Source: Candidatus Parvarchaeota archaeon
Lineage (GTDB): Archaea > Nanobdellota > Nanobdellia > JAFCGN01 > DAOVEB01
Direction: 5' to 3'
Assembly: GCA_030669205.1 (NCBI GenBank)
Contig: DAOVEB010000001.1
Span: 1-35,613, forward strand
Length of the DNA: 35,613 nucleotides
Under the pieces are notes generated by a model that saw nothing but the letters and a program-made list of their open reading frames with translations, was not told the DNA's origin and did no database searches. How positions within the stretch are numbered: the first letter of the stretch is position 1; the number at the start of each line of letters is the position of its first letter. A program made the position numbers and the translations under genes. Of this stretch, positions 8,194-16,863 are shown piece by piece.

Positions 8194-9167
8194 CTCCTCA
8201 TCCTCGCCATCCTTCTTGCTCTGAATTTAGACATCTTGTCCGCTTTCTCCTCTCTTATTCTTCTGCCGGTGTAGTGCAGGAAAACGTCGTCAAGCGTGGG
8301 TTTCTGCATTTTTATTGAATCTATCTTGTCGCCCCCAACAGCTCTCATTATCTTTGGAAGAGATTTTTCCGCGTCTTTCACGCTCAGGCTCAGGCTTGAA
8401 TTGAACTCCCTAATTTTGGTTGCAAACTTCTTCAGCTTAGATTTGAGTTTTTGCACGTCCTTGCCTTTCAAGACTATCAAATCCCCGCCAAGACTATTTT
8501 TCAGTTCTTCGGGTGTATCAAGTGCGATTATCTTACCATTGTCCATTATAGCGATTCTGTCGCAGAGTTTGTCCGCCTCTTCCATATAGTGCGTTGTCAG
8601 GATAACCGTAACACCATATTTTTTCTTGAGTTCGACTATATATTTCCAGATGACATGTCTTGTCTGCGGGTCCAGACCGAGTGTTGGTTCGTCAAGAAAA
8701 AGTACCTTTGGGTAATGCATCAAGCCGCGTGCTATCTCCAGTCTCCTTCGCATGCCACCTGAAAAAGTCTCGACAAGGGAGTCTGCTCTATCCTGCAAAC
8801 TCACCATCTCGAGAACTTCCTCAATTTTGTCCTCGCGTTTCTTGCTGGACATACCGTACATCCGCGCGTGAAAGTCCAAGTTCTCACGGGCTGTCAGTTT
8901 CTCATCCAGGCTCGGGTCCTGAAATACGATTCCTATACACCCACGTATATCATAAGGCTCGGAACACACATCATATCCACAGACTTTTGCCTCACACTCG
9001 GTCGGCTTGAGAATGGTTGCGAGCACTGATATAATTGTAGTTTTCCCTGCACCGTTCGGACCAAGGAGCCCAAATATCTCACCCTTCCCAACGCTGAACG
9101 ATATGTCGTCAACTGCGACCAGTCCGTTGAACTCCTTTCTCAGTTTCCTGACGTCAATTATTGCCAT
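8190..9167 (-). CDS. ABC transporter ATP-binding protein (DrrA/CcmA-like, ABC-2 system)
   Basis: Walker A GPNGAGKTT, signature FSGGMRRRLEIA, Walker B LFLDEPTLGLD, H-loop TTHYMEEA, plus a C-terminal extension. Confidence 0.93.
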   Translation of the reverse strand: MAIIDVRKLRKEFNGLVAVDDISFSVGKGEIFGLLGPNGAGKTTIISVLATILKPTECEAKVCGYDVCSEPYDIRGCIGIVFQDPSLDEKLTARENLDFHARMYGMSSKKREDKIEEVLEMVSLQDRADSLVETFSGGMRRRLEIARGLMHYPKVLFLDEPTLGLDPQTRHVIWKYIVELKKKYGVTVILTTHYMEEADKLCDRIAIMDNGKIIALDTPEELKNSLGGDLIVLKGKDVQKLKSKLKKFATKIREFNSSLSLSVKDAEKSLPKIMRAVGGDKIDSIKMQKPTLDDVFLHYTGRRIREEKADKMSKFRARRMARMRR

Positions 9168-9184
9168 TATTCTGTAGAGTACAA

Positions 9185-9212
9185 CCCAACAGGTTTAAAA
9201 TATTTTGTTGGG
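9185..9212. promoter_or_regulatory. 7-bp inverted repeat (CCCAACA...TGTTGGG) bracketing a TTTAAAATATTT TATA element upstream of the ABC-2 operon
   Basis: Arms at 9185-9191 and 9206-9212 are exact reverse complements. The enclosed AT-rich box lies about 25-35 nt upstream of ATG 9167 on the minus strand. Confidence 0.35.
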
Positions 9213-9247
9213 AAAGCTTTTTATGTGAGTGGTTGGAAGAAAGGTGC

Positions 9248-9592
9248 ATGAGACTGCTCTCCCTGTTCCTGCTCGTTGTGGCGCTTGGATGCACGACAAT
9301 TGTTGCGGCAAACCCTGACCGCGGGGCGATAAACGACTCAATCGAGCTCCTCCTCAGGGAAGGTGTAATGGGTGAAGCTGAAGTGGAGTACATCCCTGAA
9401 AACACGGCCAGAGGGGACAGTTACTCGCTCTCTTACGAGTGGTGCACGGACAACGTCTGCAAAGTGCTCACAGACCTTCAGGTCTACTGGATGTCTAACT
9501 ATGACAAGGCGCTGGTTCTCGAAATCTACACGCACTACAACGGAACTGTCATGAACTACACTGTTATTGGTGAAGACACGGTTTTGAGGTAA
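9248..9592 (+). CDS. Small secreted or lipobox-like protein, hypothetical (114 aa)
   Basis: Internal ATG gives signal-like MRLLSLFLLVVALGC. TATA-like CTTTTTATG at 9216-9224. The stop overlaps the next start (TAATG). Confidence 0.55.
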   Translation: MRLLSLFLLVVALGCTTIVAANPDRGAINDSIELLLREGVMGEAEVEYIPENTARGDSYSLSYEWCTDNVCKVLTDLQVYWMSNYDKALVLEIYTHYNGTVMNYTVIGEDTVLR

Positions 9593-10761
9593 TGATGGGT
9601 TTTTTCAGTTCGCTCTTCAAGAAAAGGCGTGTTCCTGTAGAGGAGAAGGTTGACATCCACAAGAAGATAGAATCTCTCCAGTCAACACCAAAGCAATTTG
9701 TCAAGATGTTTGATGAGATAAAAGACAGGACTACCAAGGCTTTGAAGGAGCTGGAAGGTGCTGAGTTCAAGGAAGAGATAGACTCCAGACTGAGAAAGAT
9801 GATAGACGGCTCAAGAAAAGCTTTTGTGACCAAGATGAGGGGCCATATAGAAAAGGTTGAATCAAGTCAAAGGCTGGATGAGTTCAGGGACGAGCTGAAG
9901 AGATTTCTGGAGAGGTCCAACAAAGAGATGGTGCGCTATGCTGACAGGGTCGCGCTTGGCTTTGACAGAGAACTCCGCACATTTTCGTCGAGGATGGCGA
10001 AGTTCAACGACGTATCTGAAAGGACTGAAGGTCTCATAAAAAGAAATGATGATGAATTGAACTCGCTTCTGTCAGAGGTCGAAAACAAACGAACCCTGGA
10101 CAGGTTGAAGGGGGAGAGGGAAAGGATAAAGGCCGGGTTGGAAAGAACTCTCAAGGTAATAATGGTCAAGAAAAGGCAGCTGCAATCAACAAATGAAGAG
10201 ATGAAGACCCTTGAGTCAGGCAACAAGGCCTCCAAACAGGCGACTCTGAAGAGGGAGTTGGAAAAGCTCAAGGCAGAGAGAAATGGGGTTGTAGGGGTGA
10301 TAAGGCTGTTCAAAACAGGGGTTGAAAAGGGGCTGAGGGACTACATGCGGGGTATAGAGACCACAGCAATGCACAGTGCCATCAAAGATTTTCTTGAGAG
10401 TCCGGAGAGCCTCAGGGAGGTCGAACTTTTGACAGTTGCAGTATCGGACATGATTTCAATCGTGAAAAAGGGGGATATCCACCTGACAAGCAAGAGGAGG
10501 AAGAAACTCATGAAGGCGGCTGACATGGACATAAAACAGCTTTTCAAATCTCTCGCCAAGGTTGAAGATGAGATCTCTGCCAAAGAGGGGGTGCTCAAGG
10601 TCTTGGGTTTCTCGTCCGTACGCGCTGAACTCAAAGGAAGGGCAAGCAACCTCACATCCGATATAAGGGAGCTGGAGAGTTCGGTGAAATCGCTCGAAAA
10701 GAGGAAAAGTGACGCCAGAAAGGCAGAACTCAAGCTGATAAAAGAAACTCAAAAAGAATAA
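9592..10761 (+). CDS. Long coiled-coil protein, hypothetical (389 aa)
   Basis: K/E/R/L-rich heptad-like sequence throughout. N-terminal MMGFFSSLFKKRR amphipathic/basic motif. No TM helix and no enzymatic motif. Confidence 0.7.
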   Translation: MMGFFSSLFKKRRVPVEEKVDIHKKIESLQSTPKQFVKMFDEIKDRTTKALKELEGAEFKEEIDSRLRKMIDGSRKAFVTKMRGHIEKVESSQRLDEFRDELKRFLERSNKEMVRYADRVALGFDRELRTFSSRMAKFNDVSERTEGLIKRNDDELNSLLSEVENKRTLDRLKGERERIKAGLERTLKVIMVKKRQLQSTNEEMKTLESGNKASKQATLKRELEKLKAERNGVVGVIRLFKTGVEKGLRDYMRGIETTAMHSAIKDFLESPESLREVELLTVAVSDMISIVKKGDIHLTSKRRKKLMKAADMDIKQLFKSLAKVEDEISAKEGVLKVLGFSSVRAELKGRASNLTSDIRELESSVKSLEKRKSDARKAELKLIKETQKE

Positions 10762-10874
10762 AAAAACGCCCAGAACCCCTCCTAGGCGTGTAGAACAAAA
10801 TAAAGTCTCTTCCATTAAAAACTTTTCTGTAATCGGACACTAAAGTTATATAGCCGGAGCAACACCAATGGACC

Positions 10875-11495
10875 ATGGTGAAGGCCATAATTGCCATCAT
10901 CGCAGCCATAATAGTTGTGACTGGTGTTATCTTCGCTGCAGACGCCATGCTAAACCAGTATGGCCTGGACCTGAGCTCTCTGCTCAACATCCTGTTCGCG
11001 TCCATGTCAGCAAGCGACGTGAACGCCATGGAGTTCGATGATGTCAACTCGTCGATGATTGGCGGGGAAACTTACGAGACCCTGAGCAACGAAAAGGAGC
11101 AGCTCGAAGACGCCTTCGAGTATGCGAGGCCCACGATAGATGAACTGAACAATGACACAGAACTCACCAGCGCAATGATGGAGGCGCTTGGCGAGTACTA
11201 CGTCGTCTATCTCTACTCCGTTGTGCGCGAACCCATAGAGTTCAAGGTCTTTGAATGGACCATAATATTCGAGAACGGGCTTGTTACCGGCTTTGAGGAC
11301 GGCAAGACAGTTGAAATCCCCAATGTCCAGATAGTAGCTGACCACGAAATAGTCGGGCAGCTCCTCGCACAGAACTGCACCCAGAGCGAGATAATAGGAT
11401 GGGTGGAGGAGCAGAGGATAATTGTAAGTCCCATAACTGAGGTAGGTAGGGTCCTCCAGGTCCTGCCAACAATCCTCGAAAGACTTGACATATAA
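10875..11495 (+). CDS. N-terminally membrane-anchored acidic protein, hypothetical
   Basis: TM helix MVKAIIAIIAAIIVVTGVIFAA followed by an acidic soluble domain. TTATATA at 10846-10852 lies about 26 nt upstream of the ATG. Confidence 0.65.
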   Translation: MVKAIIAIIAAIIVVTGVIFAADAMLNQYGLDLSSLLNILFASMSASDVNAMEFDDVNSSMIGGETYETLSNEKEQLEDAFEYARPTIDELNNDTELTSAMMEALGEYYVVYLYSVVREPIEFKVFEWTIIFENGLVTGFEDGKTVEIPNVQIVADHEIVGQLLAQNCTQSEIIGWVEEQRIIVSPITEVGRVLQVLPTILERLDI

Positions 11496-11502
11496 AAAGC
11501 AC

Positions 11503-12102
11503 TCAGAAGCCGTCATCTTCTGACAGATGCTTGCGTTCCTCTTTCTCTGCCCGGTTCTTCATGCGGTGGAACAACGCAACAGCAACTCCCACAACAAAAC
11601 CCGCAAAATGTGACATGTGCGCAACGTTGTCAGCTGCCACAAAGTTAAGGAGGAACTCACCCGCTGCGAGCAGTGGTCCAGCTATCCTCACAGGCATAGG
11701 TATGGCAAATGCTCCTATTGGGAAGAGCACCTTTGCGCGCGGGATAAGTATAAAGGCTGCTGCTATAAGAGCATAGATATAGTCAGAAATTCCCACAACA
11801 ATCACCCCAGGATACATCAGCCTGAATGTGACATCAGAAACAGCCACAGAGAACATCAGAAGTATCAGCGTGAACCTCTGCCCAAATCTCAGCTCAACCA
11901 GGTTTCCAAAGATAAAGATGTTGAGCAGGTTGTAAAAGAGGTGGAGGGGATTGGCATGGACAAGGGAGGAGAGCAGTGGTATCGGTGCCAGATATCTGTT
12001 CAGCGGTGTGAGGTAAACCACCAGACATGCAACTATGAGCGAGACCGTGACCTTCCCAAGGTGAATCTCTATTTCCTCTGAATGGAACTCAATATCTTCC
12101 AT
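11503..12102 (-). CDS. Rhomboid family intramembrane serine protease
   Basis: HANPLHLFYNLLNIFIFGNLVE (rhomboid H..N motif), GISDYIYALI (GxSx serine motif) and AHMSHFAGFVVG (catalytic His helix). Six TM segments. Confidence 0.85.
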   Translation of the reverse strand: MEDIEFHSEEIEIHLGKVTVSLIVACLVVYLTPLNRYLAPIPLLSSLVHANPLHLFYNLLNIFIFGNLVELRFGQRFTLILLMFSVAVSDVTFRLMYPGVIVVGISDYIYALIAAAFILIPRAKVLFPIGAFAIPMPVRIAGPLLAAGEFLLNFVAADNVAHMSHFAGFVVGVAVALFHRMKNRAEKEERKHLSEDDGF

Positions 12103-12114
12103 AGAAGCATATCA

Positions 12115-12131
12115 CTTATATAGATAAAAAA
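12115..12131. promoter_or_regulatory. Back-to-back TATA boxes for divergent rhomboid and prs genes
   Basis: CTTATATA at 12115-12122 lies about 27 nt from prs GTG 12146. TTTTTTATC on the minus strand (12123-12131) lies about 25 nt from rhomboid ATG 12102. Confidence 0.45.
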
Positions 12132-12145
12132 GGCTTTCCATTGGC

Positions 12146-12994
12146 GTGGAGATAGTTGGTGGGTCCTTTGCGCGCAGGATTGCTGAGTACCTGAAAATCA
12201 GATATATCCCACTCGAGTTGAGAGTATTCCCGGACAAGGAGGTGTGCCCCAGGGTGGTGGGTGAGGTCGGGAAGGAAACAATTCTGGCGCTCAGGATGGA
12301 GGTGGACCCCAACAACTACCTGACAAAACTCCTTCTCACAGCCAGCACTCTGAGGGATTCAGGTGCCCAGAAGATAACGTGCGTTGTCCCATATCTCATC
12401 TACGCCAGACAAGACAAGGTATTCAAAGAAGGAGAATCTTACAGTCTAAAATATATGCTCGACTCTTTGTACAGCGCGGGCGTCGATGAAGTGATAACCG
12501 TGAACAGCCATGCGCAGAGGTGGAAGAGGGAGATAAACATATCCAAGTGCAAGGTGTACAACCTCAACGCGATGCCTGTGATAGCAAAAGCTGTAGATGA
12601 CTTCGACTTCGTGATGGGACCTGACGCTGGCACGGAGAGGTGGGTGAAGGAGATAGGTGAGATGAACAAGGTTCCGTATGGCCACTTCAGCAAGGTCAGG
12701 GATCGTGAGACAGGGGATATTGAGATGTCAGGCGAGTCGGGACTCAAGGGGATGGATGTCCTCATAGTCGACGACATAATATCTTCAGGCAAAACCATAC
12801 TCAAGGCTGTGGAGAATGTGAAAAAATCTGGTGCGGAGAAGATATGGGTCGCAACCGTGCATGGTCTATTTCTGGGTGAATCGCTCAGCGACCTGGAAAG
12901 TTTGTGTGATGGCGTCTTTGCGACCAACACACTCCCACACGATGCAAAAGAAATAGACATAATTCCGCTGATTTGCGGAAAGATTAAATCGTAG
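12146..12994 (+). CDS. prs: Ribose-phosphate pyrophosphokinase (PRPP synthetase)
   Basis: FPDKEV, VVPYLIYARQDK and the PRPP-binding loop VLIVDDIISSGKTI. Apparent GTG start. Confidence 0.9.
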   Translation: MEIVGGSFARRIAEYLKIRYIPLELRVFPDKEVCPRVVGEVGKETILALRMEVDPNNYLTKLLLTASTLRDSGAQKITCVVPYLIYARQDKVFKEGESYSLKYMLDSLYSAGVDEVITVNSHAQRWKREINISKCKVYNLNAMPVIAKAVDDFDFVMGPDAGTERWVKEIGEMNKVPYGHFSKVRDRETGDIEMSGESGLKGMDVLIVDDIISSGKTILKAVENVKKSGAEKIWVATVHGLFLGESLSDLESLCDGVFATNTLPHDAKEIDIIPLICGKIKS

Positions 12995-13023
12995 TTCGCT
13001 CTTCTAAAATCTGGTGATGAACC

Positions 13024-13584
13024 ATGGGCAACGTAATTGAGAATGTTATGAAACTGAAGAATATGAGCGAACTTATGGTGGACCTGGCTTATTCAGCGGT
13101 CTTCCTGCGGGACAAACGCATCTCAGAAGAGGTGGTGAAGATGCAGAAGCAGGTAGATACAGTCATGGCGGATACGCTAAAACACATATTCAAAGTCAGG
13201 GGGTCTGAGGACCAGCAGGTCAGGATGGTGGAATTCATAGACTACATCACAGATATCACAAAGACAACAGCACATATGGCTCAGCTGGTTCAGAAGGGCT
13301 CGATACCGGATTATATGAAGGATATATTATCAGAAACGGACAAACGGGTGATGACTTTCGATGTGAAAAAGGGTTCTGCACTTGCGAACAAGTCGGTGGG
13401 TAAATCCGTTGTCAGGTCGCGCACAGGCGCTAATATAATAAGCGTTAGAAGAGGCGAGGAATGGATTTTCAGCATAGACAAAGAGACAGTACTCAAGGCA
13501 GGAGACATGGTTGTGGTAGTTGGCAACAAGGAGTCAGAGTCCCTGTTAAAGAAGTTCGCTGATGGCCGGATAAAGGGAGTTTAG
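13024..13584 (+). CDS. PhoU-like plus TrkA-C (RCK_C) domain regulatory protein (COG3273-like)
   Basis: N-terminal helical PhoU-like segment (MSELMVDLAYSAVF...) and C-terminal TrkA-C pattern (GSALANKSVG...RTGANIISVRRGEEWIFSIDKETVLKAGDMVVVVG). Confidence 0.78.
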   Translation: MGNVIENVMKLKNMSELMVDLAYSAVFLRDKRISEEVVKMQKQVDTVMADTLKHIFKVRGSEDQQVRMVEFIDYITDITKTTAHMAQLVQKGSIPDYMKDILSETDKRVMTFDVKKGSALANKSVGKSVVRSRTGANIISVRRGEEWIFSIDKETVLKAGDMVVVVGNKESESLLKKFADGRIKGV

Positions 13585-13663
13585 TTCGATTAAAGCGGGA
13601 AGTTATCTCAACCATAAAACTAATCCAACCATGAGTGGTCTATAACTGGATACGGGATATGAT

Positions 13664-14200
13664 ATGAACAAGGACTTCAAGGAAATATTCTCTTCCCAGG
13701 TTATCTCTATAGTTGGGGGGGCGGTTGCTGGTATTGCCCTCTCTGTTTTTACCAATAGATTAGAGGTGGTTCCGGGGCTGCTCGTACTTCTGCCCGGATT
13801 CTTGGGTATGAGAGGGAATATAAGTGGTTCCTTGTCAGCGCGGCTCGGCTCGGCAATGCACCTTGGCAAACTGAAACCAAAACTGAAGAACACCAAGATT
13901 CTCAGAGAGAACATACTCGCAACACTTGTACTTGCAATTGTTGTTAGCACTTTTTTGGGTTTGATTGCTTATGCTTTCACAAGGTTTGCTTTCGGAATTG
14001 ATTTTCCTAAAATAATACTCGTATCTGTCCTGGCGGGACTGATATCAAACTTCATACAGATGCCACTAACAGTCTTGGCCTCATTCTATCTCTATTCACG
14101 TGGTCATGACCCTGACAATATAATGGGTCCCTACATAACAACACTGGGAGATATTGTCAGCGTAGCATCATTATTGGCTGTGATACTGGTGATAGCGTGA
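13664..14200 (+). CDS. MgtE/SLC41-like divalent cation transporter membrane domain protein (COG1824-like), half 1
   Basis: Multi-TM protein with GHDPDNIMGPYITTLGDIVSV (MgtE-type PD..P..T..D motif). Confidence 0.78.
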   Translation: MNKDFKEIFSSQVISIVGGAVAGIALSVFTNRLEVVPGLLVLLPGFLGMRGNISGSLSARLGSAMHLGKLKPKLKNTKILRENILATLVLAIVVSTFLGLIAYAFTRFAFGIDFPKIILVSVLAGLISNFIQMPLTVLASFYLYSRGHDPDNIMGPYITTLGDIVSVASLLAVILVIA

Positions 14201-14760
14201 GGCACAGATTATTCGCGAAAATAGTGAAGGAGAGTCTAAAGGCGATTATCCTAGCGTCGCTTATCAGCTCGGTCGGGGGCTTTGGTTTGCAGAGCGTTGA
14301 GCAGAAGATATTCACCATTGTACCTTTGTTGATACTATTCCCAACACTGAACAATATGGTCGGCGGCTTTGGTACGGTAATCTCATCAAAGTTCACCAGC
14401 CTACTTTATGAAGGTAGGATAAGGGGTAAGCTTTCGCGCTCCAAGCCACTAAGGGATATGTTCAGGACAGTAACCATGGTTGTTCTGATATCTTCCCTTC
14501 TTGTTGCCGGAGTCGTCTATCTCGCATCTTATTTTATGGGCTCCAACCCAACATCAAGCACAGTAGTCAAATTACTCATCATATCAGTTGTATCCACATC
14601 TTTTATCTTCCTGATAATTTCAGTTATTGCAGTTGTCGGCGGTATCTACATACACAAGCATCAGCAAGACCCAGACAACTTTCTCATCCCGTTAACAACG
14701 TCAATAGCTGACCTTGGAACCATGGTCATATTTACACTCCTTGTCATGGTGCTCTTCTGA
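14197..14760 (+). CDS. MgtE/SLC41-like divalent cation transporter membrane domain protein, half 2
   Basis: QQDPDNFLIPLTTSIADLGTMVIF motif. GTGA overlap with half 1. Confidence 0.78.
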   Translation: MRHRLFAKIVKESLKAIILASLISSVGGFGLQSVEQKIFTIVPLLILFPTLNNMVGGFGTVISSKFTSLLYEGRIRGKLSRSKPLRDMFRTVTMVVLISSLLVAGVVYLASYFMGSNPTSSTVVKLLIISVVSTSFIFLIISVIAVVGGIYIHKHQQDPDNFLIPLTTSIADLGTMVIFTLLVMVLF

Positions 14761-16113
14761 TTACTTCCTCTTCGGCCTTCCCAGAATCTGCTTGAACGCT
14801 TCCGAGCGCCATGCGTTGTAGAAGAAAAATCCTATGACGAGCCAGATGGCGCCGATGAGAAGCGCTGACTGGTCCAAGAATGGTATGAGCAGGAGCGGCG
14901 CAACAATGCCAAAGTAAGAGGAGTAGGGATAAAGTGGGACCTTGTAGAACCTCTTCATTACCGTCTTAACAGGTTTCCTGCGGAGTGTTATTACAGACAT
15001 GCAAACCATTGACACAACCAACATATACGAGAAGTTTGAAACAGATGCAATTGAGGTGGCGGTGCCGGAGAAAATGAGTAACATAGCCACAACAGAAGAC
15101 AGAACTATCGCATAAACCGGGCTGTCCTTTTTGGACAGTTTGGAAAACACGTTTGGCAGAAAGCCGTCGCGCGCGAGCGCGTATGCATTTCTGGATGCGG
15201 CCATGAGGCCGATGTTCAGAGATGACAGGATTGCAAACAGCGCTGCTGCAAACAGGGCGAGCCTCATAATGTCTGTTCTGAAAAACTGGAGCAGCGCTGT
15301 ATCCGGGTTGGTGATGGCACTGTGGTCCACCGCACCAGCAAAGACCAGTGAAAACGAGATGTACAGGGCGCCAGAAATAATGACGGACCATATGAGAGCT
15401 TTGGGTATGTTCTTTGTGGGATTCTTCACCTCGGCTGAGATGGTTGTTATTGTTTCAAATCCCACGTAGCACAGGAAAACCAGACTGGTCGCAGGAAGCA
15501 GAGCCAGTACCCCATTTGGAAAGATATTCGAGAAGTTGGAAAGGTCGAAGAAAGAGGCCCCCCTGACTGTAAATACGCAAAATATGACGATTAAAACGAC
15601 TGTGAGCAACTTCTCTATCTCGATTACGCTCCTTATACCAGTCAGATTTACGACTGAAAAGATGGCGAGGGTTGCAATCGCGACTAGAAATGGTGATATT
15701 GAGGTCCCGTTGGTCACGTAGAGTGCAAAGGCCACGGAGCAGAACCCTGCATAGGCTATGTTACCAAGCCATATAAGCCAGCCGATATAGTACGCAGACG
15801 AACCAAACGCCTCCTCTATAAATGAGTAACCCCCTCCCTCAACAGGGCTGAGAGAGGCCATCTCAGCGTAGTGCGTGGCAATCACAATGGCTATTATGAA
15901 GTTTATGACGAATGCAATGACCACTGACGGGCCTGTCAGTACAGTGGCTTCGCCCAGGAGAACGAAGATTCCCGCGCCAACTGTGGCTCCAACACCCAGC
16001 ATGAGCAGGCCGAAGAAGCCGATTGTCTTGTTGAACTCCCTCTCCTTGATAAGAACCATTGGATTGTTTGTAGACCCGCCAGCAATATATTTGTATCGCT
16101 CTCCCAAGCCCAT
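14761..16113 (-). CDS. APC superfamily amino acid/polyamine permease
   Basis: FGLLMLGVGATVGAGIFVLLGEA N-terminal motif and about 12 TM segments. ATG at 16113; the track start at 16116 is TTG. Confidence 0.9.
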   Translation of the reverse strand: MGLGERYKYIAGGSTNNPMVLIKEREFNKTIGFFGLLMLGVGATVGAGIFVLLGEATVLTGPSVVIAFVINFIIAIVIATHYAEMASLSPVEGGGYSFIEEAFGSSAYYIGWLIWLGNIAYAGFCSVAFALYVTNGTSISPFLVAIATLAIFSVVNLTGIRSVIEIEKLLTVVLIVIFCVFTVRGASFFDLSNFSNIFPNGVLALLPATSLVFLCYVGFETITTISAEVKNPTKNIPKALIWSVIISGALYISFSLVFAGAVDHSAITNPDTALLQFFRTDIMRLALFAAALFAILSSLNIGLMAASRNAYALARDGFLPNVFSKLSKKDSPVYAIVLSSVVAMLLIFSGTATSIASVSNFSYMLVVSMVCMSVITLRRKPVKTVMKRFYKVPLYPYSSYFGIVAPLLLIPFLDQSALLIGAIWLVIGFFFYNAWRSEAFKQILGRPKRK

Positions 16114-16164
16114 CAAAAAACATTTAAATATGCGTTAAACATCTGGGTTCAACCGGTGTTTGTC

Positions 16165-16341
16165 ATGCCTGTTTGTGAGATTTGTGAGAACAACTCAATC
16201 GAGGTTTTCGAGTGTAAGAAGTGCGGTGTGAAGTTCTGCAGCAAGTGCGGAGACAGTGAGAGGGATATATGTGAAGACTGCCTCGACTATGAGAACGCTT
16301 ACCATTCTGGAATGTCGGGGGATGAAGAATCCTCCGACTAA
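16165..16341 (+). CDS. Small Cys-rich (4x CxxC) zinc-binding protein with acidic tail
   Basis: MPVCEIC...CKKC...CSKC...CEDC gives eight Cys in four CxxC pairs. TATA-like TTTAAATA at about 16131-16138. Confidence 0.55.
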   Translation: MPVCEICENNSIEVFECKKCGVKFCSKCGDSERDICEDCLDYENAYHSGMSGDEESSD

Positions 16342-16346
16342 TCAAT

Positions 16347-16358
16347 TTTTTTCTTTCA
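16347..16358 (+). terminator. Oligo-T tract (TTTTTTTCTTTC), candidate archaeal intrinsic terminator
   Basis: Run of 7 T begins 6 nt after the stop at 16339-16341. Confidence 0.35.
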
Positions 16359-16403
16359 AAAAGCTTTATAACTTGGAAGCCCTATGGTTCAAAGGGATAA
16401 AAA

Positions 16404-16739
16404 ATGGTAGAATACAACGCTGAAAACCTGCCCTTTGCAAAAGCAGAGGTCGTCAGGTTAATGAAAGAACTGTTACCCTCAAACAGATGGGTAACCGAAA
16501 AAGTGAAGATTGAGGCGAATCTCCTCCTGTACAAGATATTAAAGGATATCACTCTGAAACTTGCAGAGGAGCCCTTCGCAACCATCAACTATGCCATGTT
16601 CAATGAGGCGGCGATGAAGTATGATAGGTTGGATGAAATCGAGGCTGAGAAGACCCGCATCATCCGCTCAATCGAAAAGATAAAGGCGGACTGTGACGTT
16701 CTGGCGGAAGCGGTTGAGAGGAAGTTCAAACAAGATTAA
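16404..16739 (+). CDS. Histone-fold-like protein with C-terminal coiled-coil extension
   Basis: LPFAKAEVVRLMKELLP...VTEKVKIEANLLLYKILKDITLKLAEEP.ATINYAMFNEAA follows the CBFD/NFYB/HMF helix-strand-helix spacing. The usual basic RKT loop is FAT here. About 40 extra helical residues follow. Confidence 0.5.
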   Translation: MVEYNAENLPFAKAEVVRLMKELLPSNRWVTEKVKIEANLLLYKILKDITLKLAEEPFATINYAMFNEAAMKYDRLDEIEAEKTRIIRSIEKIKADCDVLAEAVERKFKQD

Positions 16740-16743
16740 CATG

Positions 16744-16775
16744 TTACTAATCCCTAATTAGTAAAGCTAATTAAG
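16744..16775 (+). promoter_or_regulatory. Palindrome TTACTAAT-N5-ATTAGTAA plus repeated CTAATTA / TATA-like box upstream of the giant gene
   Basis: Arms at 16744-16751 and 16757-16764 are exact reverse complements. CTAATTAAG at 16767-16775 lies about 27 nt upstream of ATG 16798. Confidence 0.35.
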
Positions 16776-16797
16776 AAATGCTTCCTCTATTTAGAGC

Positions 16798-16863
16798 ATG
16801 TTGAAAGAGATATCGGCAGCTATGCTTTTATTGTTGCTGTTACCACTCGCACCCCTTTTCGGT
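16798..16863 (+). other. Signal peptide of the giant protein
   Basis: MLKEISAAMLLLLLLPLAPLFG: n-region with K, Leu-rich h-region, small residues before ERN. Confidence 0.7.

Noticed and set aside
9161-9247. N-terminal extension of the 143-aa ORF (MPLFCRVQPNRFKIFCWESF...).
   Set aside because: The extension runs through the divergent promoter region of the ABC-2 operon and begins inside the opposite gene's start codon region. The internal ATG at 9248 gives a clean signal peptide and has its own TATA-like box.
10766-10789. Hairpin ACGCC-N14-GGCGT after the coiled-coil gene, a possible terminator.
   Set aside because: The stem is only 5 bp, the loop is large, and no oligo-T tract follows. The evidence is too weak to call.
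10730-11516. ORFs 10730-11047 (-), 11007-11516 (-), 11213-11491 (-) and 11284-11502 (-).
   Set aside because: They are shadow ORFs opposite the 10875-11495 gene. They have no promoter geometry or motifs and overlap one another.
13014-13060. C-box-like GTGATGA (13014-13020) with a downstream CTGA, a possible C/D box sRNA.
   Set aside because: It overlaps the start codon context of the 13024 gene. There are no matching C'/D' boxes or terminal stem, so this is most likely coincidence.
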